DNA of 64,000 bases from NCBI RefSeq assembly GCF_000143415.4, contig NW_003314417.1:151219-215218 (forward strand), in the 5' to 3' direction. Position 1 is the stretch's first letter. Each line of letters begins with the position of its first letter. Below the pieces are notes generated by a model. The model was given only the letters and a program-made list of their open reading frames with translations, did not search any database and was not told the DNA's origin. This document shows, piece after piece, positions 48,301-61,365 of the stretch. The stretch comes from Selaginella moellendorffii. Taxonomy: Eukaryota > Plantae > Lycopodiophyta. A program made the translations under genes and the position numbers.

Positions 48301-49949
48301 TACTATTGTACTTTATTCAATACAATGTTTTTGAATGAACTTCCATGTTTTTGCATGAATTGGCCTGGATCAAGCTCAAAAAGAAGAAAAGTAGTATCAC
48401 AAGCATAACATTTTTCTTCCTTCCCAAGTCGTGATGGATGGTGGATCAATCAATGTGTTACTTCTGGGTTGTAGCCTCAGAGGCTCGCTTTGCTGCTGCT
48501 CTGATCATAGCCTGGAAACTTTACAGAAAAACATGTGCTAAAAACCTGTACCAAAAGAGAGAAAGAATAAGAGTGAAAGAGAAAGGAAGAGTGGAGTGGA
48601 TGCTCACTGCTATGCTTGCTTGACTTGATTTTGCACTCTACTGTAGCTAAACACAAACAAACACATAGAGAATAAGAAAGAAGAATGACTCAAGTCCCTC
48701 AATCCCCAAGAAGGCTCTCAAAAAAGGTCATGAACAAGGATAGGCCTGGCATTGCTTGAGTGCTTTGGATCTTAAGCATGTGAAGGTGCATTGATGATGG
48801 AAGGCCGGAGTATAAAAAAGATAGGGATAAGGTTTTAGTGCTACCTTTAACTAGTCTTATGTGGTGGCAATTGCCACTTCTTCCTGTTCCTGAGTCTTAA
48901 GATTTGAGTCTAGAGACTCAGGATGATGCTTCTAAATGCACGGTTGACCATGTGCACTATAGGAGAATTTTCCTTGCTTAAATCTGTAACATCAGTATTT
49001 TTCTCCACATCCACATCCCTCGCTATCTCAACTGGAGGAGATATTGGAGGTGGTGGATTAATGGCAAGGTGAGGGGCAGGATTTTCTTGAGCAATGTAAT
49101 ACTCATAGATGCGCTGCAAAAAGATGAGGACTCCTGTCTTCACTTGCCTTCCCTTGAGCTACTCCACTATGAATTAGAAGAACGCTTGCCAAGTACAGGA
49201 TGTCAAACAACACTTCTTGCCAGCACAGTGAGCATAGTCAGTGGTGTGGCATTGATAGTGACTTTCAATGTACTGTCTCAACATGTAGTGTCTAAGATGT
49301 TTGATATGCTTTTGGCTGCATTTAAACTTTCCATAACTGGACTTCTACATGCACTTTTCTAGGTAATCCATCAAAGGCCACACTAATAGGCAGACTCCTA
49401 CAGACAGAGCAAATACAGCTTTATCTCATCCAACCTAGCTTTTATAGGACCCTATCTCCAAAAGATCTTTGCATGGCTCTTTGAGTCAGTCCCATGCTTA
49501 AACATGCACATTTATCTATCCATCATTTTCTTTTCTTGTTCTGGTGGAAAGCTTAGTTTTTTCTGTGTGGTTTCTTTCTTGCCAGGTTTAGAAGGATAAA
49601 ACATTGGAGACAGCTGGTTTTAATGCCATTGCATTAACAAGAACCGCTTTAAAGAACTAAAATTAACATTTTTTTGTTTTTATATAATGTGTATTATGTC
49701 AAAATTTACTTGCTTATCTCCTTATATTATGACCAGTCTGGATTTATATTTTCAGAAATATAATGGGAAAAAGAGAATTTATATCAGTTTTCTTTTGTGA
49801 AACATGCACATCGGACCTAGGAGAAAATTCTATATCTGCTGAACATATTTGAAGAGCTAAATTACTCATATGGGACAAGATAAACATGGTAACTACTCAT
49901 GCTTTGTGTGACATCAAGAATTGTGACACAAATTTTAGTGGTATCACAT

Positions 49950-50854
49950 TTGGTGACAGGGGGAGACTTTAGGCAAACCTTACCTGTTCTTAAAAGAGCT
50001 TGCCACACACAAATTATTCAAAATAGTGTTAAATCCTCACCAATATGGTCTAAACTCCTAAAGTTCTCATTTTATATAACCTCCCAAGACATTCAGAGTA
50101 CCACTAACATCCACTACTAGAGAACAATTGATAGATAATGTGTTGGAAAAACACATAGAGACAAGCAAAAAAAGCCTATTTTGAAAGGCTATTCTCACAA
50201 TTTTAAATGACCTCTCTCTACAAGTAAATGACTAAGTCCTTTCAAGAATGAGCAAAAATAACATACAAGAGAATTGATGTTGTAGAAATAGAATCAAATG
50301 AGAAGATCATTGACTATCCTATGGAGTTCTTAAACTTGGTGACACTGTTGGAATGCCTCCACATAAGCTAAACATAAAAATCAGCTGTATCATAATGCTC
50401 TTACATAATATTAACACAAATAAACTACCATAACGAAGGCTTTACCAAACGTCATTGAAGTTAAAATTTTACACAATGATATGCAGGTAAAAAAAAAAAG
50501 GAATCTCTTTGAAACCAAAAAAAATGGAGATATGCCATTCATTGTAAAATGGTAGTAGTTCTCTGTAAGGCTTGCATTCTCTGTTACAATTTGCAAATCA
50601 TAAAGACAAACACTGTAAAATATAAAGATATTCTTGCCAAGACAAGATTTTTTACCATGGTCAACTTTATGTTGCACTCTCAAGGGGAACATCAAAGACA
50701 CAAATGTCTGTAGAACAATGTGAGAGATAAGGTTTTCTACAAAATAAAATTGTGTACACAATAAAACATAGTCTATAAAGAAATTCTTTAAAATGATAAT
50801 ATTAAATAAAACATAACTACTATCTCTGCCAGCAGAGCTGGATTCCTTGCTAGT
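49950..50854 (+). mobile_element. Helitron remnant: PIF1-helicase fragments and 3' terminus
   Basis: GGDFRQTLPV, YPMEFLN, GMPPHKL, RLAFSVTI.KS.RQTL motifs; ends ccagcagagctgg hairpin + attccttgCTAG. Confidence 0.8.
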
Positions 50855-53800
50855 ATATATATCAAGATCACCTCCATGAACAATAGCAATAAGCACTTTT
50901 ACTTGGTTTGCAATGCCAATGGTGGTGGTTTTTTTTATTTTTTTTATCAATGTTTACTAAAGTCTTGCGTATTGGATAAAATAAGTGGCTGGTCTTTAGG
51001 CTAGCCAGAACGTGAAAAACACAAATTTGCCCTCCCATTGGTCCATGTGTTTCCGACGTCACCATCTTCCTCGTGATGAATTACAAAGTGTTAAAATTCC
51101 AGCTGCAACTGATTCCCAGCTCGAAATCAGTGACACTGATTTTAAGGAAGGACGTTAGGTCTCATTTAAAAGACCACCTAAAACATTCTAACACAACCTC
51201 TGGCAAGATTAACACCAAGGAAGGGCACTATCCCTTGAATACTCTCCCATGAAGAGGTCCTCCCCAAACTCATTAAGTTGGAATGAACCAGAAAAAGCAT
51301 GGAGAAACAAATTTTCTAAGATGAGTCATTTAGAATGAAAACCCTTAGAACTTTAAACATCTTATACACAGGTATTCAATGACGTTAGTTCCAGTGCCTG
51401 GGTAACACAAAAGAGAACTGTAAGTAAATGAAATTTTCTATACTTACATTACATGTAAACTAAAAAAGAACTTCTGAAAATCATGCCTCACAGATCAGTG
51501 GTGTCCGGTAAGACTTTCATTGGCTACAGCCATAGAGCTCAAGAGCACTAGAGCTTTCCTGCTAGTGCTCAAAGACCAACAAGGTCTCTCTGACTTTTCT
51601 TGCCGCTCTAAATGCCATGTGCTTGCTGCTGTGAAGGAAGGCATGCAAGCTCAATAAGAAACAATGTAGAGTTTGTGGATGGACTTGATTGATATGTACA
51701 AGTGTGGGAGTTTGCTTTTCAGGTTTTAGATTCCAAACAATCAGTAAAGATCTTCAACAATGATAGAAAACCTCTGTGCTTCTTTTGCTTACCAGAAATT
51801 TGCCAAAGTATCCCCTGCCAGCCATGGCCTTTCCAACAATTTGCGACAATCCAAGAAACATTCGACCCAAGAAAGCAAAGAACTCTGGCACTGCTACGCT
51901 TATAGCTTGATTCAAAGCTCTGTCGAAAGTGTTTTGCATCTCGTTATTTCCAGAAGTTCCTAACCATGAGCCTCATAGAGAGCTCGCATTTGAGGCCCAA
52001 ATAAAATGCACTACCAATTCGTTTTTCTTTCACTTCGAGACAATACACTTTGCTGTAATTGGAGGGATTTCTTTCGCCAGCCATCCGTTAAGGCAGACAA
52101 GTTTACTAAACCTTGTCACTGCTAGACGTAATCAACAAAGGAGCCAGAGCCACCTCTACTACTCAACCTTTAGACTTTCTTTAAAACTAATCCTACACAG
52201 CCATTCAGATGGATCTTCTAGCAGATCATCAAAGTCTAGAAGCACTGAAAGTATACACAAAGAGAAAACATACAGCTAGCCTCTTCCCACACTATTTGCT
52301 TCGATGGAATTAATAATCTTATTTCCATAAATTTATAAAGATCTTTAGGTAAATTCTACTTTGGTAGTTCGCTGTTTCATTCTGGCCGTTTCCCCTCCAA
52401 CAGCAAGCTTTGAAGTCCATTAGGGGCCTGGTTACAAGAGTAACATAAAATACTCCATTCGAGATATGATTGGGCACTCTTTATATTATGGATTATCTCA
52501 TGCTACTCCGTTGCTCATGAAAAGACTCTTGAGGAAGGGTGGTATTTAGAGAAATTGTTTCGTCACTTGTCTTTAAATCAGCAGAGTAACTAAATATCTA
52601 TTCTAGGAATCAAAGAATACAACAATTCAACGCTTGAATGCAGAGAATAGCGGCTATGCTTCAAGCGTGGCACAACAATAGTCTCTTTGGATGAAAGTTT
52701 TCTTAAGTGACAATGGCGTTGATCTTAATTTGTTTATGATCAGAAATGGACTTGCTAGGAATCCGCCCGGCAGCACTTCCCACCATCTAGGCCAATCCAG
52801 TCTGGCACACAAGTGGCTTTAGAAATTCACATGTTTTGTGAGGCATGTCCTCAACAAAATATTCTCTGCAAGGGAGAACTTGCTCTCATTTCCTCTGGCA
52901 CACCAATAATCATAAGCAAAGGACACTATATTTCCATTGCAACCTTTAGTCCTACTACGAGGAATCCGTGTGGGGTGATATATGATCTATCTCTTGACAA
53001 TCTAGCTCACAACCAGCTCTTATTCAGCTCTATTGACTGCATGGGACAATGCTTTCAGTGTGCCTACATCTTTCCCTCGCATATATTAATATCAGAATGA
53101 CTGTGGAACATGAATGAATAGCTGGGAGAAGCTTTTTAGTTTAGTAAGCTCCTCAATAGAATATGAGAGGGCAAGTGAACTTTCTTGCTTTTTCTACTAG
53201 ATTAAGGTGGAAGGAGAATTTGGCAAGCCCGATTCTTGGCTAGCCTCTTGACGAGAGGGGCTTTGATGATCTCCTCTTTTTATAACACTAGTTTAGATTA
53301 TGTGGACAAGGAAGCTGGGATGGTTCTCAAGTGGCACATGGCAGAGTGGGGCAGTGAACCTTGTATTCAGCTTGGAAGAGAGCATGAGAGATTTGCAGTA
53401 GCCGCACTTGACAAACTCTCTTGTAGAAATCCAAGTTTTATTGCCATGCATATGACATTCAATTCATCTCTACGTGACTAAATCTTACTCCATAGTTTTA
53501 CATCTAAATAGACTCTATTTCGTTTCTATATTACTGTAAGTGGTTAACGTAACGGTGGCTGTTGAAGATGGCTACGTGGCAAACTGGGAAGCAAAGAATT
53601 GCGTCGCTTGAGCTATGTAGTGACTGAGCTTCAATTCGAGGGTTGCTCGATGGGTTGGGCTAGTTCGGTGGATTCTGATGCTTCAGGTCCATGGCCTCCT
53701 TCAGCTGCTTCAGGTTTGTACTTGAAGGAAGTTGCACCTTCACCCTCGTACGGGTAAATTTTGTATTCAAGTCCTTTTGTGAATATCGCAGAGCTTTGGC

Positions 53801-54635
53801 TCCTCTTGCAGGATAAAAAACGGAAGCTATAAAACTTCAAACAATGAGTATGGAAGATTCTACGATCGTCATGAAACCCCGCCTGTAAGTTTTGGTCTGT
53901 TTTCTTCTTTCGCTAATCTCGCATTTCAGACAAAGAAGGGGTCAGATAATTATTGGTCCAGAAACTGTGATCTTCTGCACAAGTGCAATATGAACTGCTT
54001 TCAACAGTTGAGAAAGTTTCATCTTGGCCATTGGCCTGGTTTTACAGATGGTAAGCATCTTAAAAGAAAATAGCGAGATGACATGCAACTAATTTTGCAG
54101 ATTTTCCCATAACATCAAACCGCTTAAGTGCAAAGAACAGAGGGTGGCTAGAACATAAGATTCCATGGCGGACAAACACGGAGAGTGGGCAAAAGTCTTC
54201 GTCAAAACGTTCCAGGAACAGATCCCCACAGGACAGGTTGTCATCCAGAAAGTACTCTTTCTTTTAAACTTAAAGGGACAGCTCGGAAGAACCCAAGGGG
54301 GGGAGGGGACGGCTTAGAAAAGCAAGAAAAGCTTACAAAAATTACTTCATAATAACGTCAACTGGAAAATCATCGCTCGAGACCTTCTGGAGAATTTTTG
54401 CAGGAAAGAAACAGGATTCCAAATCTAGAATTTTGAGGGACACGACAGAAAAACAACAGAGGGAGCTTTTATTTCCATTTTTCTGCTTTAAAAATTTCTT
54501 ATGACTTTTTTCTTCTGTTTCTATTTCAGCTGGAAGCCTCCTGAAATCCAGGTATGTAAATAATTGCAGAAAGCAGCTCGAGTGCTTCCTTTGTAACACA
54601 ACTACTTCATAGGGTCATATATATAAATATATATA

Positions 54636-54662
54636 CTAGCAAGGAATCCAGCTACGCTGGCT
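54636..54662 (-). mobile_element. Helitron 3' end (hairpin + CTAG)
   Basis: Reverse complement ccagcgtagctggattccttgctag; a related end lies at ~54812-54838. Confidence 0.7.
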
Positions 54663-55404
54663 CAGATAGAAAATAGTTTTCAAAATGTTTTAGTGTGATA
54701 CAAAAATCTTACTCCCTTTACTAAATCTGCTATTTGCATCTAGCATTAGGCATCACATATTCCCTTTTTAGAATATTTATGAATATGCTTTTAATTGGAC
54801 GGTTACTACTTGACTAGCAGGGTCCCAGCTCCGCTAGGAGAAGTAGAGAATATGTATTTTTAGCGGCCTTTTTGGCTGTGCTTTCTCCTTCCTCCCTGCT
54901 TATGTTGAAGATCTTAAAATGATCATCATCCGCCTTCTTTCATCCTGCACTGGCACAATACAGACCATGACAGAGTATGAGACACACTTGTTCTTAGCCA
55001 TGCTATGAGTTTAAAACATTCTCTACTTCTCTCAGCAGACTGGATATTTGATTGATATAGTTGTTAGATAGGTTGGGACTCAGATGTCCTTTGCTATTAA
55101 AGGGTGAAAAACTCTGTGTTTACAGAACTCGAGCTTTGAGAAATGAAAAAAAATAAAAAATTCCTAGCATAACAAAAACCCAACGATGAGGCATAAGTCC
55201 TTCTCAGCTTCACATTGAATCTCGTCTAGGAGGTTTTTCTTGTCTTCTGGGTCTAATCATCCTTCTATATCTAAAAGAGCAAGGGTGACATATTCAATCG
55301 AGATTCTTTTCAAGCTTACTGGTGGAGATGAAAACACATGGCAAAAAAACAGTTGAGGGTGAAACGTTTTTTTTTTAAGGGTAAACCAGTTTTTTTCAAT
55401 GCAT

Positions 55405-56200
55405 TTTTCCAGGAGAGCTTATCACCGCGGTACACACCATGAGGTTTGCTGCATGATTGCATTGGTCCTTACGTTATATACCTTGTGCTCATGAATCTTT
55501 CCTTTACTGTCCAGTTTGTACTCAAAGATGCCGTCAAAGAGACTTCCCACAGCACTTGTGGAATCGTGAACAGACCATCTGATCACAATAGTGTGCTGTC
55601 CAAAGGCTGCCAGGCGCTCAAGGTTTCCATCCAGATCGACTTGAAAAGCATTCTACCATTCAGCCGGAGCACCTGTATAATACACTTGTAAGTCTGTGAA
55701 AGCAGTTTATTTTCCAGGAGAGCTTATCACTGCGGTGCACACCATGAGGTTCGCTGCATGATTGCATTGGTCCTTACGTTATATACCTTGTGCTCATGAA
55801 TCTTTCCTTTACTGTCCAGTTTGTACTCAAAGATGCTGTCAAAGAGACCTCTGACTTCCCACGGCACTTGTGGAATCGTGAACAGACCATCTGATCACAA
55901 TAGTGTGCTGTCCAAAGGCTGCCAGGCGCTCAAGATTTCCATCCAGATCGACTTGAAAAGCATTCAACCATTCAGCCGGAGCACCTGTATAATACACTTG
56001 TAAGTCTGTGAAAGCAGTTTACTGGATCTCTGAAAGAGATGTCCTCTCTGCACCAAACAAGATAAGCCACTCTATGTTTACTTCATTCTCCTGTATATCT
56101 GATAGCTCAGATCTCCATGGAACAGAACAGGCAGCTCCTCCCTGAAAGTCTTGATGGCATAGCCTACATTGACATAGTAATCCAGAGTTCCTTCCTTGCT
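55405..56200 (-). pseudogene. DUF2358 (SnoaL-like) gene fragment with a tandemly duplicated ~305-bp 3' exon
   Basis: DYYVNVGYAIKTFREELPVLF..LSYQIYR; VLRLNGRMLFKSIWMETLSAWQP..IVIRWSVH..VPWEVRGLFD...EYKLDSKGKIHEHKV; repeat units ~55405-55709 and ~55710-56020. Confidence 0.75.
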
Positions 56201-58408
56201 CTTTGCTACTAATGGATCCTCTACTTTGCTATTCAGCTTGGTCGAGAGATTGCAATAATGCACTTGAAGAGGTTGCTTGAATCTATCTCTGCTGCTATAT
56301 GCCAAGCTCAGCACTACCTCTAATGGAAGCAGCTCACTACACACCATCTTGTCAAGTTCGCTACAAACTGAATATTGTCTTCCTCAGTCAAGCTGATTTC
56401 TTCCAGTTCTTCATGCCAACAATGGTATGGCACTCTTAAGTTTGAGGTAAAAAGCTTTCACATATTGTTTGTAGCCAAACTGAATGCATTTTCATGTGCA
56501 ATGGCTCAGTGACAACAAGCTGGATCCCATTCTAGAGTCACTGGCCAAGCTACCTTGGTTGACTTGCACAGGCTTAACCTCAGCGAGTCCATCTATCCAC
56601 TGGCAAGTTCTCAGTGTTGAGAATAGTGAGCCAAGTGGCAGTGACTGAAGAGGTGAGTTTTCTATTTTTGATGCTTTTAGCTCCCTGGCAAACATCTGTA
56701 TTCTCTTTTCTTCTTCTCTAGATTACTGACAACCTTGCTTGGAATGTATTACAGTCATACACATTGGAGATTAAGTTTCTTGAAGCTCTCTGATGCTTCA
56801 AACAAAAGGCAAGCACTGCCACCGTCAAGAATACATGACAATTGGCTTCAAGAAGATGATGGCTAGGTTTATGAGTTTTGCAGTTGTCAATTTTGCAACT
56901 GTTCTTGGCTCTTCTGTATCTGCCAAGTGAGTATTTCCGAGCTATGACTCAATTTCTGATGTTGAAGCATGTGAAGCTTTTATGAAGTTTTGGCCAGAGT
57001 CTAGAACAATGCACGGGATCTTTGCACGGAAACATGGGGAACATTCGAAATAACCCAGCACTTGAGATGATATGCTCATTAATGCTTTTGATTTGTTAAT
57101 CTCGAGGCATCTTTTTTTAGGCACTTCGAGCATTGACTTACACGGGAACTTTCATTGGTGGGGCAACGATTCTAGCAAAGAAGGCTCTGGAAGAAGCTTA
57201 TATTACGAAGCAGATGATCTGTTTTCAGACCTCTTGAAAGATGAAAATGAAGGCTCAGCATTAACAAGAAGTGACTATATCACTTTTAAGGTTACAAAGG
57301 TCCATCTTGCAGGAACATCATTGGTTGTATCCTGGAATGAAGGCTACGTTGGAAGCAGCAATGGGGTACATGCTCTAAAATTTATCCCGCAGCTTTTGCA
57401 AGTCTATTTTGACATTGTATTGCAAGATATGAGTGATTGTAAGTTCCAAACCTTTGCATTTAATCCGCTGCTCTTTGTATGTTTAGCACTACTCTGCAAT
57501 CTTTTACCTATGGTCTTCTTCAGAATCAATGCCATGCTTCCGGATGAGGCATTTTCAATCGAGGTAAGCAAGATTAATTTACTCATAAGCTGACTCATGT
57601 CTTAAATCATGTCCAACAAACGTGTTGTCAGTTTGTGCACACTTTCTTCAAGAAATCTCCTCAATTCATTGCTCTTTTGAAGGTAAGCCTTTCTTATCTA
57701 TTTGAAGTTGTTATCCCAAAAGAAGTAAAAACATTGCAGAAGGTCATCACCAGTCAACCTCAAACAAGTGACAGTAAAGTAAGATGGATTTCACAATGTT
57801 TGAGTGTTAAACTTCTATTACATTTACTAGACTGAGCTTCCTTTGCAACTATGCTGAGTGGTTGGAGACCATGGTACTTGTTTCAAGGATGGTGTAAGAG
57901 AGCTCTTTGAAACTCTGGAGTTGGTTCTCTACAAAAACCTCTTCTTATGGTAATTGAAGTTTCTCACTGTTTATGTTGTGTCTAATCTTCACAAACATCC
58001 AGGCATAAAACTTCTGCCATCCCAGCCCAGTCCCAGCTGCTATTTTTTGTCATAACCATAGCAAAGCTTGCAACGTGTCATCAAGAGCTCTTGCCTAGAG
58101 CTCGAGTGCTAAGGTTTGTTTTTTTTTTTTTGTCTTCTCTAAGGAACTTTCTTGAGTTTAAGTTGCTGTTCTTGATGAAGGTGGCACAATCACATCAACC
58201 ACTCAAAAAGACTGTCTGGAGAAGAATTGAAGATCACCATTGCTGCCTACGACTGAGTCCCTGGAGTGGAGAAGCTGGTGATGAATGCAAAGATGGACCT
58301 TGCCTTGCAGCTTATACAGCATGAGAAGCCCGAGAGCTTGCTACATTACTACAAGGCCATGGAGCTGTAGCATGAAACAAAGTTCAATTTGTTTCTCACA
58401 TGTCCAAG

Positions 58409-60503
58409 AAGATTTGGCCCCCCGTCGATCACAACATGGTCAGATGCTACCAGCATTTTGGACAAATATTCACAGGTTATACTTCCCACCAAAGGATCAA
58501 CTACAAGGACATAAGTTCAAGAAAAACAAAGAGAAAACTCACAAGGATCTGGCTCACCCAGTAATGCACAAATTGAAACAAAACTATGGAAATTGTAAGA
58601 GCTGGACTTTAATTCTCCTTGAGAGTTTTCAAGAAGATCTGTCCACTAGGATGAATGTTGCAGTGATAGATTCACATTTTAAACACCACCTACATTTTCC
58701 AACGAGAGATAAGATCTTTGAATTCTTCCTCCTTTCCACATTATCTTGAGAGGCTTTAACGGATAAGCACTGGGGAGGCTAATGTTGACCTTATAAAGGG
58801 ATCCTATGAGATCAAGAAGAATTTCTTCAAAAGTTGAGAATTGAGCTAGGAAGTCTAGCCGATGGACTGAATTGTGGAGACCCACTCATAGAAATTATTG
58901 GCCTTTGGACTGGCAAAGCAAATCTCTAGTGGATCTCTGTGGGCTTCTTCTGGATCTGCTTCGCCCCACTGTGCCAAACCACTTATAACCTTTTGGAGTA
59001 GATTGTAAATCAGCTGTTTACAAACATTTTTAATTCATTAATTATTTTATTAATATTATTATTGAATTAAAAATGAATGAATTAAATAATTATAATTAAA
59101 TATTAAATTAGCTGATTCTGCTAATTTACAATATTTTATTTCTATCCACTCAAAACCTTCATGATACACATGCTGCAATGTGAACAATACTCAGCCAAGG
59201 ACATTCAACCATTCCCCACTTGGAGCATGTCGGGATCTGAAAGAAAGAAGCTTGAGAAATTTATGCAAAGCCAACCATTGATCTCACTGTTCCAGCCTCC
59301 AGGATGCCCACAAATTGTTGGCATCCGCCACTCTATATTGCAAGCAAAATTGGTCATAGAAGAGAAAAAGAAGAAGAGCTAGGAGAACTTTACCATGGCT
59401 ATCTGTCTTTAGTAATGTCTGTCAGCTATTCACATACTTCCCAGCCCACATGGTTGGATGATCTGCTCCCCTATGCACAGAAAAATGAGCTCTTATATCG
59501 CAAGAGATAGCAAGAAAAAAAATTTTAATTATCTTTCACACATTGCATAGAAGATAGGATGTTTGCTTTTGTTGAGAGCCTCACTCACTGGGTTTTGTGG
59601 TGGTGTTGCTCCATTTCTGAGATGCAAACATTGTTTGCATACTGAGCATAAGAAGGCTGATTTTAATTGTGAAAGCAATTGTCATACTTGAGATAGTCAA
59701 TTCCCTATACGAGAAGAAATAACTCAATTGACATGTTGAAATGGAACAAAAACAGCATGTTTACTGTGCCCTTTGAAGCCACTCAATGGCATTTACAAGT
59801 CATTCTCCTAGAAAACGTCTACAGATATTGGAAAAAAGAACTCTCTACCTTCCAGTAAATTTGACCACATCATTGCCTGTACTTTTGAGATGCACATTGA
59901 GACCTTTTGACTTTCCTATCACTACCACATGATCTCTGTATGGACAAAAAAATGTTTTCTATTCTACATCTTCTTCCACAATTGTACAACTAACCCCTTC
60001 CAGAATAAGATGTGAAGCTGGCTATATATATATAGATTTAATATTATAATTTGGCCCCCTGGGAGATTTGGCCCCCCGTCGATCACAACATGGTCAGATG
60101 CTACCAGCATTTTGGACAAATATTCACAGGTTATACTTCCCACTAAAGGATCAACTACAAGGAAATAAGTTCAAGAAAAACAAAGAGAAAACTCACAAGG
60201 ATCTGGCTCACCCAAGAATGCACAAATTGAAACAAAACTTTGGAAATTGTAAGAGCTGGACTTTAATTCTCCTTGAGAGTTTTCAAGAAGATCTGTCCAC
60301 TAGGATGAATGTTGCAATGATAGATTCACGTTTTAAACACCACCTACATTTTCCAACAAGAGATAAGATCTTTGAATTCTTCCTCCTTTCCACATTATCT
60401 TGAGAGGCTTTAACGGATAATCACTGGGGAGGCTAATGTTGACCTTATAAAGGGATCCTATGAGATCAACAAGAATTTTTTCAAAAGTTGAGAATTAAGC
60501 TAA
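58409..60503 (+). repeat. ~440-bp dispersed direct duplication (58409-58850 and 60064-60503)
   Basis: Near-identical sequence from agatttggccccccgtcgatc to gttgagaatt.agctag. Confidence 0.9.
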
Positions 60504-60604
60504 GAAATTCCATACATGCAAGTAAACCCAGAAGAAAAAGAATGGTGAAGATGGCTTGTGAGCCAAGGAAATGGCAATCTCCCTAACCAGGGTTTAACCA
60601 AGTT

Positions 60605-60912
60605 TACATTGCCGAGTTCACACCCCATTGATCAAAGAAGTATATGTATGAATTTATATATGATAAATGTATCTGTAGTTGATTCCCCAGATAAATCCCT
60701 GCACCACGACCCAGTGATCATACAAAGATAGAAGCTGGCCAACTGTATATGGCTTTAGAGTTGGTAGCAGCATGCTCAAGGCTGGATGGTTCCTGGTGAA
60801 TTCTTGCAGACTTTCACCTAGCATGCAGCAAGGAAAGAACATTCAGGAACTTACTTTGTGAGGAGTCAAATAATCCGGAACACCTTCCACTCGAAGTTCC
60901 TCGAGGATCTGA
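60605..60912 (-). pseudogene. PGIC: Fragment of cytosolic glucose-6-phosphate isomerase (3' exons)
   Basis: EELRVEGVPDYLTPHK, intron, [41 protein letters not shown]...FDQWGV.ELG matches the conserved GPI C-terminus. Confidence 0.8.
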
Positions 60913-61329
60913 AGAAAGAAACATTTAGACCATGAAAGAATACAAGAGATTCCTTACTGACCCTGCCATTTTGCAAGTTATACATAAAAGATTTTGATTA
61001 GAATCCTTTCTATAATTTTAAATTTCTGTAATAACTTCCTATACAGTGATAATAATTGCAACAATATGGGATATGAGAGACCATATGCTTAAATTACTTT
61101 TGTTACCAATAAAAGAAAGGGTATATACAAAGACAATGTTCCATTGTCATAAAAAGTATTTGTGGATATTGATGATCTCCAAGGTATAACTATCAATCTC
61201 TACACTAAAATGACATTATGAATTTCAGACAAATAATTTAAAAAATATACATCATCGCTACTGATTGATGAAAACAAACAACTAATTCTTTAGGATTCAT
61301 GTCACCTATATGACAGATGTCCTATCTAT

Positions 61330-61355
61330 TCCAGCGGAGCTGGATTCCTTGCTAG
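61330..61355 (+). mobile_element. Helitron 3' end (hairpin + CTAG)
   Basis: tccagcggagctggattccttgctag, same family as 50830-50854. Confidence 0.72.
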
Positions 61356-61365
61356 TTGAAAGTTA

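Noticed and set aside
50411-50950. 179-aa minus-strand ORF
   Set aside because: Antisense to the degenerate Helitron helicase; AT-rich with no recognisable motifs
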